Shown here: one piece after another, positions 39,575 through 48,355 of the stretch
Layout: the number at the start of each line of letters is the position of its first letter
Numbering within the stretch: position 1 is the first letter of the stretch
Source of the DNA: Candidatus Hermodarchaeota archaeon
GTDB lineage: Archaea; Asgardarchaeota; Hermodarchaeia; Hermodarchaeales; Hermodarchaeaceae
Direction of reading: 5' to 3'
Length of the DNA stretch: 64,000 bases
Assembly: GCA_016839805.1 (NCBI GenBank)
Contig: JAEOTO010000031.1
Coordinates: 160,001 to 224,000 of the forward strand
Notes under the pieces: generated by a model
Seen by the model: the letters and a program-made list of their open reading frames with translations, nothing else
Told to the model about the DNA's origin: nothing
Database searches by the model: none
Made by a program: the position numbers and the translations under genes

Positions 39575-40660
39575 TTATTCATTTTTCCATTGATTTTTTC
39601 GGCGATGAATGATTAAAATTAACAAACTAACAGCTATCATAAGACCTACTAGAGCAAAAAGTAGCCACAACCCGGAGAGCCCATTGGGTTGGAAGTTAGT
39701 TGGTTGAATCAATTGTTTTTGAATGAAATCTTCTACTACTCGTCCCACAACCTCCAGCGAACCTGATGAACATTTGTCTGGAGTATCAGCTTGAGTATGC
39801 CAATACGGATAATCAAAATCGATTATATCAATGGCTGGAATCCCCGCACTGAGAAAGGGGCGATGATCATCTATTAATGAAAATCCAGTTACATCTTGAA
39901 AGAGGTCATCGTAACCTAGGTCGGCAGCAATTGTCCAAATGGTATCGACCAGTGCGGAGGTTGAGCTTTGTTCACGTTTTATTTGGAGGTCAGCATCACC
40001 CATCATATCGAGAAGGACGGCACTACGAATGTTAGCCTTTTGAAGTGGACTAAGGTTGTTTACATAGTAAGTGGACCCAACAATCCACTCCCACCCATTA
40101 TAGTTACCTGAGTCCTCAGCATCAACAAAAAGTAAAGTCACGACATTTTTCGCTTCCTCAGGGAGAACTGCTGCTAATTCGATGAGGGCTGCTACACCAC
40201 TCGCCCCATCATTAGCTCCGAGAATTGGACGTGTACGGTTTACGGGATCCGGGTCATAGTCGGCAATTGGGCGGGTATCATAGTGCGCTAGTAGAACATA
40301 CAATGGAGCTGAACTAGATCCGGCGATGATATTTCGTAGAGAGGTAGATTGGTATTCCCAAGTTTGGGTTTGGGTGGTCCAGCCCTGATTTTCTAAGGAT
40401 GAGATGATGTAATCTCCACATGCTGTCAAATTGCTTGAACCTGGTGGGCGAGGGCCGAAAGCGCACTGATCTTCAAGGTAGGTGTAAGCACGAGTACCAT
40501 TGAACTCCAATGAATTCTGTGCTGGTTCGGAGGCCAATTGATTAAGATCAGAGGAAGAGTGTGGATTGAAGTGTAATTTGATGGGGAGGAGGGGTACATG
40601 AAGTAGCTGAACACAGAGAAAGACGAGGGTTAATGAAGTGAGAATACGAGGTTGCCTCAT
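39575..40660 (-). CDS. M28 family peptidase / glutaminyl cyclase-like, membrane anchored
   Basis: AHYDTRP, GANDGASG, DAED, LLDM, DDH.PF, YWHT..DT. Confidence 0.9.
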   Translation of the reverse strand: MRQPRILTSLTLVFLCVQLLHVPLLPIKLHFNPHSSSDLNQLASEPAQNSLEFNGTRAYTYLEDQCAFGPRPPGSSNLTACGDYIISSLENQGWTTQTQTWEYQSTSLRNIIAGSSSAPLYVLLAHYDTRPIADYDPDPVNRTRPILGANDGASGVAALIELAAVLPEEAKNVVTLLFVDAEDSGNYNGWEWIVGSTYYVNNLSPLQKANIRSAVLLDMMGDADLQIKREQSSTSALVDTIWTIAADLGYDDLFQDVTGFSLIDDHRPFLSAGIPAIDIIDFDYPYWHTQADTPDKCSSGSLEVVGRVVEDFIQKQLIQPTNFQPNGLSGLWLLFALVGLMIAVSLLILIIHRRKNQWKNE

Positions 40661-40765
40661 GTTCGCACCCTAGACAAGAGGAATTTTCTAAGATGGAAGT
40701 GAGAAAACCCGAAACCTATAAAAGTACTGGACTGGGTGCCTCAACTACACCGTGGGTGGCTTTGT

Positions 40766-41155
40766 ATGTCGAAGGAATCAGATGAACTTAAACGCATTCG
40801 GGAGCGGAAACTCCAGGCCCTGATTGCAGAACAGCAACGACGTGAAGCTGCAAACTCGGTAAAAATTGAACGCGAGAAAGAACGTGAACAAGTTGTCCAA
40901 GCGATTTTTCTCCCTGATGCAGTAGATTATCTGAAGGAACTTAAAAAGATGAAACCAGATATTGCTAACCGTATTGAAGATTTAGCAATCGCACTTTTCT
41001 TACGACGCCAATTGGTAACTCGAATACCAAAAGCAGGTGTACTACTAGTCCAGCGGAAATTAGAAGGTGTGGAACCAAAAATTACTGTGAAGCGACGGGG
41101 CGAAGATGAAGTTAGCTTCTATGAAGCGGTTCGGAAAGATTTAGCTGAACAGTAA
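40766..41155 (+). CDS. PDCD5/TFAR19-family dsDNA-binding protein
   Basis: DELKRIRERKLQAL, L..LK..KPDIA..IE, KITVKRR. Confidence 0.8.
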   Translation: MSKESDELKRIRERKLQALIAEQQRREAANSVKIEREKEREQVVQAIFLPDAVDYLKELKKMKPDIANRIEDLAIALFLRRQLVTRIPKAGVLLVQRKLEGVEPKITVKRRGEDEVSFYEAVRKDLAEQ

Positions 41156-41221
41156 ATTGAACAGGAAAGACTCGACTCTTTTTAGGTACTCGCCTTTTTT
41201 TGATTTCAGCTGGTTAAACAT

Positions 41222-41707
41222 CTAGTAAACTGCTGCTTGTGCTGTCCCAGCTGAGGCTTCTTTTAAAACCCGACCCTGTCGGTTTTGGAGGGCAACTTTG
41301 ATAACGCTAACAGCATTAGCTCCCCAAACCGTTCGTTTTACGTCTCGTTCGAGCATTTCAATTGCTGAATCGTTACTTAGTTCTTGAAATGCTGTAGGGC
41401 CTAAATGAAGGAGCAGATGGAGGATAGTTCCAGCTTCATTGAAAAGGGGATTGGGAGGAAGATCCATCTCAAGTGATTCCGAAGGAGGTGACGATACTTG
41501 TATCTTCCAATGGAAATATCGTTTCCGTGCCTCTTTCCGAATGTCCACTAACCCAACGCAACAAAGAACTTCAATGACATCGTATAGTCGGCGTTTTTCT
41601 TGGAGTGGCAAGCCTAGATGCATGAGGAGAGTGTTTGCGGTATATTCTTTTTCAGGATGTTCCCGCAAAAAAGTGATTACATGACGCGCAACTTCGCCTA
41701 ATTTCAT
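41222..41707 (-). CDS. E2F/DP-like winged-helix DNA-binding protein
   Basis: LGEVARHVITFL...LG...KRRLYDVIEVLCCVGLV...YFHWK follows the E2F/DP DBD pattern; GAGGA SD. Confidence 0.75.
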   Translation of the reverse strand: MKLGEVARHVITFLREHPEKEYTANTLLMHLGLPLQEKRRLYDVIEVLCCVGLVDIRKEARKRYFHWKIQVSSPPSESLEMDLPPNPLFNEAGTILHLLLHLGPTAFQELSNDSAIEMLERDVKRTVWGANAVSVIKVALQNRQGRVLKEASAGTAQAAVY

Positions 41708-41995
41708 ACTGATATCCTCGCCCAGTCTCTCATGTTACAAGGGAGCTCCAGGTAGCTCCTCTCATAGGAAAGTGAGATGAAAGTTACATCTACACCTTTC
41801 GAATCAGATGAAAGTTTCCCCCATAACATAAAGTGTGTTCTTATCCTTTCTTCTTTCTCGTTAAAAAGTGCTGGTATTACATGGAAAAGAATTAATCGAG
41901 GTGAAACGGAGAAAGTAGTTATTGACAAAAGTCAGTAAAAGGGTAGAGCTTAAATCAATAGATTCCTTGCTAGGAAGGGGGCAAGGCTGGTCTGA

Positions 41996-43216
41996 ATGCG
42001 AAAATTGCGTCAAGGGTTGGTGGCAACATTTTTCTTTCTCCTAGCGCTACTTGCAGTGCTACCTCCCCAAACAGCGGCCTTTCAATACATCCATTACTGG
42101 CGGGTAAACTTTACCGGTTTTTTAGAAGTGTCTGGAAACCAATCACTTCCAATTCTGCCCTATTGGAATTACATTGGCAATCAATCCTGGCAAACATGTG
42201 AGCAAATTCATTTCGACATGACTCATAACAATGATACTATCGAGCCCATTGAGATCGTAATCGACCTTGATGGAAACCCTCAGCTGGTTTTGAATCTTAC
42301 AACACCCCTAGAACCGAATGACACACTAACGTGGCACGATGAATGGTTAATCTCCGTGTCGAACCTACGACCGCGTCTGCCCCAGATTTACATTGATCAA
42401 TCCGGAAACATCAGTGAAATCGAAGAACTAATGGAACCCGAGGAGTATGATCGTTACACACGTGGGACAACGTTATGGAAGACGTGGAACCAGTCTTTAG
42501 TAAACACATCACGAGACATTCGAAATAGCCTTCCCATTGAATTGCATAACAACACACTTGCACTTGTTCATGCTGCAATCCGATGGATTCAAACCAACAT
42601 CCAGCGATCTATTGGATTATCCGAACCTCAATATCCAGAAGAAATCATAGTCAGTAAAATCGGAGACTGTGATGATCAATCCAATTTATTGATCACATTT
42701 TTACGAATTTTTAATATTCCGTGTTATCTAATGACAGGCCATTGGTTTCAAGAAGGAGCTAGTACTAATGGCTACCTCTGGGGATCAGTAGAAGAGAACG
42801 CCTTTTTCTATGTTAATTGGGAGAATGCAGTTGGTCATGGATGGGCGATGGTGTATGTTCCTCCATGGGGTTGGTTACCCTTTGATCTAACAGCAGCGGG
42901 TTATGGAGTTGACCCAGCTAACACCTATTATGAATCGCTATATGCTTCGAGCTTACCATTTGTTACCTTGTGGCAGGTCGTTGTTACTGATTACATTCAA
43001 GAACGTCGAACAGAGAAACTTGATTTATTCACCTTTGAACTTCACCGTATTGAATACGAAGAATGGATTTCACTTGGTTCAATTCCAATCGCTGACTTTC
43101 AATACTTCTTGACTAATGTTGCCACCTTAGTTGCACTAATAGGCACTCTGGCTTTGTTCGGTTGTATTATTGGAATTGCCCTTCGGCGTCGAGGGAAGGA
43201 GGCACCTAAACAATGA
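41996..43216 (+). CDS. Membrane-anchored transglutaminase-like protein
   Basis: GDCDDQS, HGW, WLPFDLT triad; signal peptide and C-terminal TM. Confidence 0.88.
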   Translation: MRKLRQGLVATFFFLLALLAVLPPQTAAFQYIHYWRVNFTGFLEVSGNQSLPILPYWNYIGNQSWQTCEQIHFDMTHNNDTIEPIEIVIDLDGNPQLVLNLTTPLEPNDTLTWHDEWLISVSNLRPRLPQIYIDQSGNISEIEELMEPEEYDRYTRGTTLWKTWNQSLVNTSRDIRNSLPIELHNNTLALVHAAIRWIQTNIQRSIGLSEPQYPEEIIVSKIGDCDDQSNLLITFLRIFNIPCYLMTGHWFQEGASTNGYLWGSVEENAFFYVNWENAVGHGWAMVYVPPWGWLPFDLTAAGYGVDPANTYYESLYASSLPFVTLWQVVVTDYIQERRTEKLDLFTFELHRIEYEEWISLGSIPIADFQYFLTNVATLVALIGTLALFGCIIGIALRRRGKEAPKQ

Positions 43217-44988
43217 TTTCCCGGGCTGCCCCTAACGAATTGTATTCTGAATACGTCTTTGATGGAAAAAAAACAGCGCTAGAATTCTGGGGGCATATCC
43301 CCCATAACATGAAAGAAGCTGTGACCCTTAGTAAATCCATAATCAAAGCGTATCGGGAAAAACACCAACCACTCTTCACACCTGAACGACTTAATGATTT
43401 ACTCAAAGCCATTAAAACATTTCATCAAAAACACAAAGCCTTAACTCCAAACGCCAAGCAAAATCTTACCCTTCTTGAAGAGCAATATGGTGCAGTCGAA
43501 GCAGGTCACCAACCAGCCCTCTTAGGTGGTCCAGGATTCGTTATTAACAAACTTGCCGCCATTGCACGCTTAGCGGCGTTCCAACATACAGCACCCATCA
43601 TGTTTGTGGGTGATCATGATCACGAGCAAAAAGAATTGACAGTAATTCATCTACCAAGTCCAGGTCCCCGAGGACTTATCTTTACATACCGAGTACCACG
43701 CGAGTATCAACTATCACCCTTACATGTACTTCCCCTCCCACCTCTTACCTGGTTGAAACAGGTAGTTGAAAAAATCACATCAACATATCATGAAATGGTT
43801 GCAGATTCTGGAAGGGAAAAGAAAGACATCTACGAAACCAGAATCCAACGTCTCCGTCAATTACTCGTAAACACGTATAATCAAGCCAACACGTTTTCTG
43901 AATGGACCGTGTTGATTTGGATTCAAATCATCAACATGTCCCAAGATGTTGGGATTCTCTTTCAGGTGTTCTCAGACCCAAGGATTCGCGATCTAATGCT
44001 CCCTGCCTTTGAATATCTTTTAGCGTCCTCAAATCGCACTCAACTAATCCAAGCGCTAAATCAAAGTGCAACCAAGCTTGAAAACCTTGGTTATCAACCC
44101 GGAATAGGCATACGCACAGAGAATTATGTACCCTTCCATCTCGAATGTCTGACCCAAGGCTGTCATCGAACCCGTCTTGACCCACATCTTACTGATTATT
44201 CGACAAGCAGTACTATTGAAATCTCAGCTAACTGTCCTAAGTGTAATACGATTCATACTCTAGAATTGAAAGCCAGTTCACCTGATCTTTCACCCTGGAA
44301 GGACTTTTTATCACCACGAGTAGATACTAGAGCCTTTCTCGTACAAAGCTATACACCTGTAATTCTTCATTGTGGTGGAGCCGGAGAAACAGATTACCAC
44401 GCCCAGGTTTCACCTGCACTTAAGGCCATAAAGAGTATTGCACCCATTTTCTTCCGCTATACAAGGCTGTATTATGGAAACCCATGGACACACCGCCAAA
44501 GTCTGAAACTTTCCCAAGAAAATCTAAGCCCGTTAGACCTTAGTGAACTTCAACGCTATTCCTCTGCAATCATCACAGGATATAAGGAAGAAAATGTGGG
44601 AGTCATCCAATCGTTATTTGCAGCAAGTAATGAACACATCACAAAAACGGCTACCCACCTGATTCAGGTTGAATCACAAATGGAGAAGAAACGAATGGAC
44701 ACAATTATTTTACAGCGCGAAGCGTCAGAACCAACTATCAAAAAAGAGCTCCAAACAGAAATTGGTGCACTAACCCGTAATCGCCAGTTAATACAAACCT
44801 ATCTTTCGCAAATGTTTGGTCGCTATTCCCCTGAACGGCTTGGTCAAGAAGTGAGTTTTGCATGGATTGACTTTGCTTTATCCCTCAGCCCAGAGCACCT
44901 TTTCTCCAGACTTTTTACTCACTACCAGCCACTTACGCCGTCAGCTGCAACTTTCTACTTACCTGAAAACCCAACTAAGCTTGAATAA
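43213..44988 (+). CDS. bshC: Bacillithiol cysteine-adding enzyme BshC-like
   Basis: AGHQPALLGGP..INK, DHD..E, LSP.V..R, GGAGE..Y.AQ; next to bshA. Confidence 0.85.
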   Translation: MISRAAPNELYSEYVFDGKKTALEFWGHIPHNMKEAVTLSKSIIKAYREKHQPLFTPERLNDLLKAIKTFHQKHKALTPNAKQNLTLLEEQYGAVEAGHQPALLGGPGFVINKLAAIARLAAFQHTAPIMFVGDHDHEQKELTVIHLPSPGPRGLIFTYRVPREYQLSPLHVLPLPPLTWLKQVVEKITSTYHEMVADSGREKKDIYETRIQRLRQLLVNTYNQANTFSEWTVLIWIQIINMSQDVGILFQVFSDPRIRDLMLPAFEYLLASSNRTQLIQALNQSATKLENLGYQPGIGIRTENYVPFHLECLTQGCHRTRLDPHLTDYSTSSTIEISANCPKCNTIHTLELKASSPDLSPWKDFLSPRVDTRAFLVQSYTPVILHCGGAGETDYHAQVSPALKAIKSIAPIFFRYTRLYYGNPWTHRQSLKLSQENLSPLDLSELQRYSSAIITGYKEENVGVIQSLFAASNEHITKTATHLIQVESQMEKKRMDTIILQREASEPTIKKELQTEIGALTRNRQLIQTYLSQMFGRYSPERLGQEVSFAWIDFALSLSPEHLFSRLFTHYQPLTPSAATFYLPENPTKLE

Positions 44989-46081
44989 CTTTTTCATAAA
45001 TCGCTTCGTATTGAGGTAAGACTTTCTCAACCGTATGATGCTTAATGATATGTTGCCGAGCCTGTTTACCTAAGCGACCCGCAAGAGTGGAATCGGTTAG
45101 GATGGCATATAGCTTTTCAGCCATTGCATCAATATCACCAAAGGGTACGAGAAGCCCGTTTTCGCCATCTTCGATAATCTCAGGTATTCCCCCAACAGCT
45201 GTTGAAACGACAGGTAATCCACAACTCATAGCCTCAAGAAGCGACAAGGGTGCACCTTCTAACTCAGAGCTTAGTGCAAAAGCATCGGCACATCGAAGAT
45301 ACTGATGGACATCTCGTTTGAATCCAGGACATTGAATACGGTTATTCAATTCATATTTTCGGATTAACCGATCGACATCATGTCGGGTTGGACCATCTCC
45401 AAGCAAGAGCAAGTCGACATCAGGCACCTCGGAAGCAATTTGGGCAAAAGCTGTCACTAAATCGCTCACTCGTTTCACTGGACGAAAATTCGAGACGTGA
45501 ATTAATTGTTGTTTCCCATTTCTCATCTGAAATTCACAGGCATTAGGTTTAAACAATTCAGTATCTGTGAAATTAGTAATAGGTTCAATTGAACAGCGAA
45601 CTCCCAAGGTCTGTTCTGCAGTTTGACAGATATGGTTCGTGACACAAGTTACAGCATGCGCAGCCTCTACTGCAAACCGTGTGGCAGGTTGATAAGCTGG
45701 ATCCGCACCCAGCGTATGAACATCAGAACCATGTAAGGTCACAACATAAGGAACTCCCGTCATTTGATTTGCCATAAACGCAGACAAGGCATGGGGAATA
45801 GCGTAATGCACATGCAAAATGTCCAGCTGATGCTTTTGAGCCACCTGAGCCATTCGAGAAGCAAGTGCAACCGTATAAGGGGGATATCGGAAAAGTGGAT
45901 ACTCCAGAACATCAACAAGATCCACTTTGACATTTTCGTAGACCCCTTCTTGTAACTCAAATGGCACTTCGTAAGTAATAAAGCGCACTTCATGGTCGCG
46001 TTTTGCTAATTCAACGCCTAAACGGGTGGCTAGAAGGCCTGAACCACCCACACCGGGATAACACGTGATGCCAATTCGCAT
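44975..46081 (-). CDS. bshA: N-acetyl-alpha-D-glucosaminyl L-malate synthase BshA
   Basis: MRIGITCYP..GGSG, LHVHYAIPHA, TLHGSD, HVSNFRPVKR, LEAMSCG. Confidence 0.95.
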   Translation of the reverse strand: MRIGITCYPGVGGSGLLATRLGVELAKRDHEVRFITYEVPFELQEGVYENVKVDLVDVLEYPLFRYPPYTVALASRMAQVAQKHQLDILHVHYAIPHALSAFMANQMTGVPYVVTLHGSDVHTLGADPAYQPATRFAVEAAHAVTCVTNHICQTAEQTLGVRCSIEPITNFTDTELFKPNACEFQMRNGKQQLIHVSNFRPVKRVSDLVTAFAQIASEVPDVDLLLLGDGPTRHDVDRLIRKYELNNRIQCPGFKRDVHQYLRCADAFALSSELEGAPLSLLEAMSCGLPVVSTAVGGIPEIIEDGENGLLVPFGDIDAMAEKLYAILTDSTLAGRLGKQARQHIIKHHTVEKVLPQYEAIYEKVIQA

Positions 46082-46091
46082 CGTTAATCCC

Positions 46092-46260
46092 TTGGCATCC
46101 CGTCTTACCCGCCCTTATGTCTTCCGTTGTCCGAAACTTACCCAGACCTGTGCCAGAATGGTGTTCGGTTCCTGCATCATCGACGGGCACTGCCCCACCA
46201 GGGGGCTGTCACCTCCCACCTCACGACAGGCGTTTAGAGTCTCCGCCCAACTGTCGGCGA
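46092..46260 (-). ncRNA. Unidentified structured RNA / 5' leader of bshA
   Basis: About 60% GC by hand count vs 30-35% in the adjacent spacer; several stems; TTTTTATAT box about 25 nt upstream. Confidence 0.55.
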
Positions 46261-46364
46261 CACCAATGTGTCCAAGAAGGATATAAAAACTCCACCTAAT
46301 GAAACTCCCTTTCACGAAGACAGTTAGATGGTAATACGGACTAGTTGTCAATAAATGGACCTAG

Positions 46365-46420
46365 AAAAACCACGAAATATCACCTATTAACACCAATTAA
46401 AATGAAATTTCGTGATTTTT
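46365..46420. promoter_or_regulatory. 18-bp inverted repeat between divergent bshA and bshB
   Basis: AAAAACCACGAAATATCA ... TGAAATTTCGTGATTTTT (16/18 complementary). Confidence 0.45.
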
Positions 46421-46467
46421 CCTTCAGCAAGGAAAACTTTTGGTGCTAAAAGAGCTTACTTACGGAT

Positions 46468-47142
46468 ATGCCTCTTTCCGCTTCAAATCGATTACTAATT
46501 GTTGGAGCCCATCCAGACGATGAAACCTTTGGTTGTGGAGGAACTATTGCTCTTGAAACTGTTCGAGGAACCAGCGTTACCGTTTGTTGTCTAACAGGAA
46601 CACCTCAGCGCCATAAGGAGTTACGAGCTGCGTGTAAAATACTCGGTGCATCGGTAATTGCTTATAAGGGTACGGATTTGGAGCTCATTGTTTCTGACGT
46701 CACAAAGGTGCTTATCCCCATCATCCAAGAGCTCAAACCTCAAGTGATTATCTCACACAGTGGCAATGATTATCATGATGACCACCGAGTTGTGTACCAG
46801 GCACTTTTCCGTTCAGCTGAATGGGCAGGTCATGCAACACAATATAAAACAAAAGCATGGCGACCTCACCGCCTACTAAGCATGGAAATTAATACACTAT
46901 TAGCCGCACCAACCTTACTTGTCGATGTATCCGATTACATTGATTTGAAAATGCGAGCAATCAATCGCTATCAAAGCCAATTGAAAAAAACCAAACAATA
47001 CTATCATGAATTTAATTTACAAAAGGCAAAATTACGAGGACTTCAGGGTGGCTGTGAATATGCAGAAGCATTTCAGGAGGTCCTTATGCCCATTCATGGA
47101 CCCTTCTATTCACCTTCTCCGACAGTAAAAAGCATCTTTTAG
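46468..47142 (+). CDS. bshB: PIG-L family deacetylase, BshB-like
   Basis: GAHPDDE, DYHDDH, K..AI..YQSQ, YAEAF; in the bsh cluster. Confidence 0.8.
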   Translation: MPLSASNRLLIVGAHPDDETFGCGGTIALETVRGTSVTVCCLTGTPQRHKELRAACKILGASVIAYKGTDLELIVSDVTKVLIPIIQELKPQVIISHSGNDYHDDHRVVYQALFRSAEWAGHATQYKTKAWRPHRLLSMEINTLLAAPTLLVDVSDYIDLKMRAINRYQSQLKKTKQYYHEFNLQKAKLRGLQGGCEYAEAFQEVLMPIHGPFYSPSPTVKSIF

Positions 47143-47165
47143 ATGACATACCCGGACTATGGTGT

Positions 47166-48188
47166 CTATTCATCGAGTGGAGGCGGGGTCTGAATTCTTG
47201 ATTCGCGAATTCGTTTGACCCAAGTATCAAAGGCCTTGCCTGGCGGAGATTTTTCGTAAAGCTCAGCACGACCAGCTTCTAGTAAATTATCAGTTAAACC
47301 TAATACCTCTGCTATGGTAATTACTTGATTTCCCTTTTCACTGGCATGTGACTGTATGGGATTCAGCCATTCGTGCCAGTTTTGGTCACGTAGAAGATGA
47401 TGATCAACAAGAATCATGGGTATCTGTTCAGCGAGGTTTCTAAGATTATCTGCAGCCATACCCAAAACCTTTGGATCTACACGCTCAGGTGAAAGATATG
47501 TTGGTGGTCCTGCAAGGATTAAGACATCTGGTTTTTGTCCAAGAATCCAATCTGCTGTCTTCTTTACCATGGGTCCTTGTATATCGGATGCATGCACTAT
47601 GGAAAAGTCACCACATCGGATAGCCGTCATAATCACCCACCCGAGTTTGGTTCCCTCTTCCCCATGAGGAACAGCAGGGGAGAACCGAATCAGTGTAGCT
47701 CCGATTTTCAACGCACGACCATCTGCATATTTTATCTCCATCGCTAATTTTCGAGCGCTGCGAACGAAATTATATCCGCGACGTTGCTGTGAATAGTTAA
47801 TGTGTTGTCGAATATCTTTGCACCAGATTCGTCGATCTTTGTAAAGGTGAGTAGCCTCATTACGTGAAGACCAGAAATATGCATAATTCACGAAGAAAGG
47901 CATGAAGTGATCGTGATGAAAATGTGAAACTACAATAAGCTCCGTAGTTTGAGCGATATCACTGATTTTTTGGCGGATGCGTTTAAGGAGAAGATACTCT
48001 GATGGATGAGGATGGAGTTGACCTCGGAAGCCTAGTGCAACACCTGGGTCAATGAGAATGGAGGTGTTTGCGGTTTTGACGTGCGTCGCTAAACTTCGCA
48101 CGCCGAGACTTTCAGAGGCTAAAGGGGTTATTCCCATTTGACTGCTAAGCTGAATTTTTCCTAAAGGCGCCAGCGTGTCAGGCATCAT
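47166..48188 (-). CDS. Metallo-beta-lactamase-fold hydrolase (archaeal UPF0282-like)
   Basis: ASESLGVRS, IDPG, SHFHHDH, HASDIQGP, DHHLLRD. Confidence 0.85.
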   Translation of the reverse strand: MMPDTLAPLGKIQLSSQMGITPLASESLGVRSLATHVKTANTSILIDPGVALGFRGQLHPHPSEYLLLKRIRQKISDIAQTTELIVVSHFHHDHFMPFFVNYAYFWSSRNEATHLYKDRRIWCKDIRQHINYSQQRRGYNFVRSARKLAMEIKYADGRALKIGATLIRFSPAVPHGEEGTKLGWVIMTAIRCGDFSIVHASDIQGPMVKKTADWILGQKPDVLILAGPPTYLSPERVDPKVLGMAADNLRNLAEQIPMILVDHHLLRDQNWHEWLNPIQSHASEKGNQVITIAEVLGLTDNLLEAGRAELYEKSPPGKAFDTWVKRIRESRIQTPPPLDE

Positions 48189-48290
48189 CTAGAACTCCAA
48201 TAGTTTCAAGGGGCGGTCTGCCCTGATATTTAATTCAATTATCTGTGCTATATTCTTCTCCTTATACACATGACACGTGGAAACAATATC

Positions 48291-48340
48291 AGAGAAAAGA
48301 AGGAGAGGGGTTCAGAGTTCAATCCTCTGCTCTGAACCCC
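48291..48340 (-). terminator. Hairpin plus pyrimidine tract
   Basis: GGGGTTCAGAG/CTCTGAACCCC stem, CTCTCCTTCTTTT tail on minus strand. Confidence 0.6.
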
Positions 48341-48355
48341 AAGGTTGTGGACCAA

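Noticed and set aside
41708-41995. E2F consensus site (TTTSSCGC) for autoregulation upstream of the E2F-like gene
   Set aside because: No match found by eye in this spacer.
46092-46260. SRP RNA, RNase P RNA or a known riboswitch (FMN, TPP, cobalamin, fluoride)
   Set aside because: Only fragmentary resemblance (Alu-like GGGCG..CGCCTGT; CTCCGCCCA). No SRP helix-8 GNRA/AGCAG, no RNase P CR-I/CR-V pair, no complete riboswitch core.
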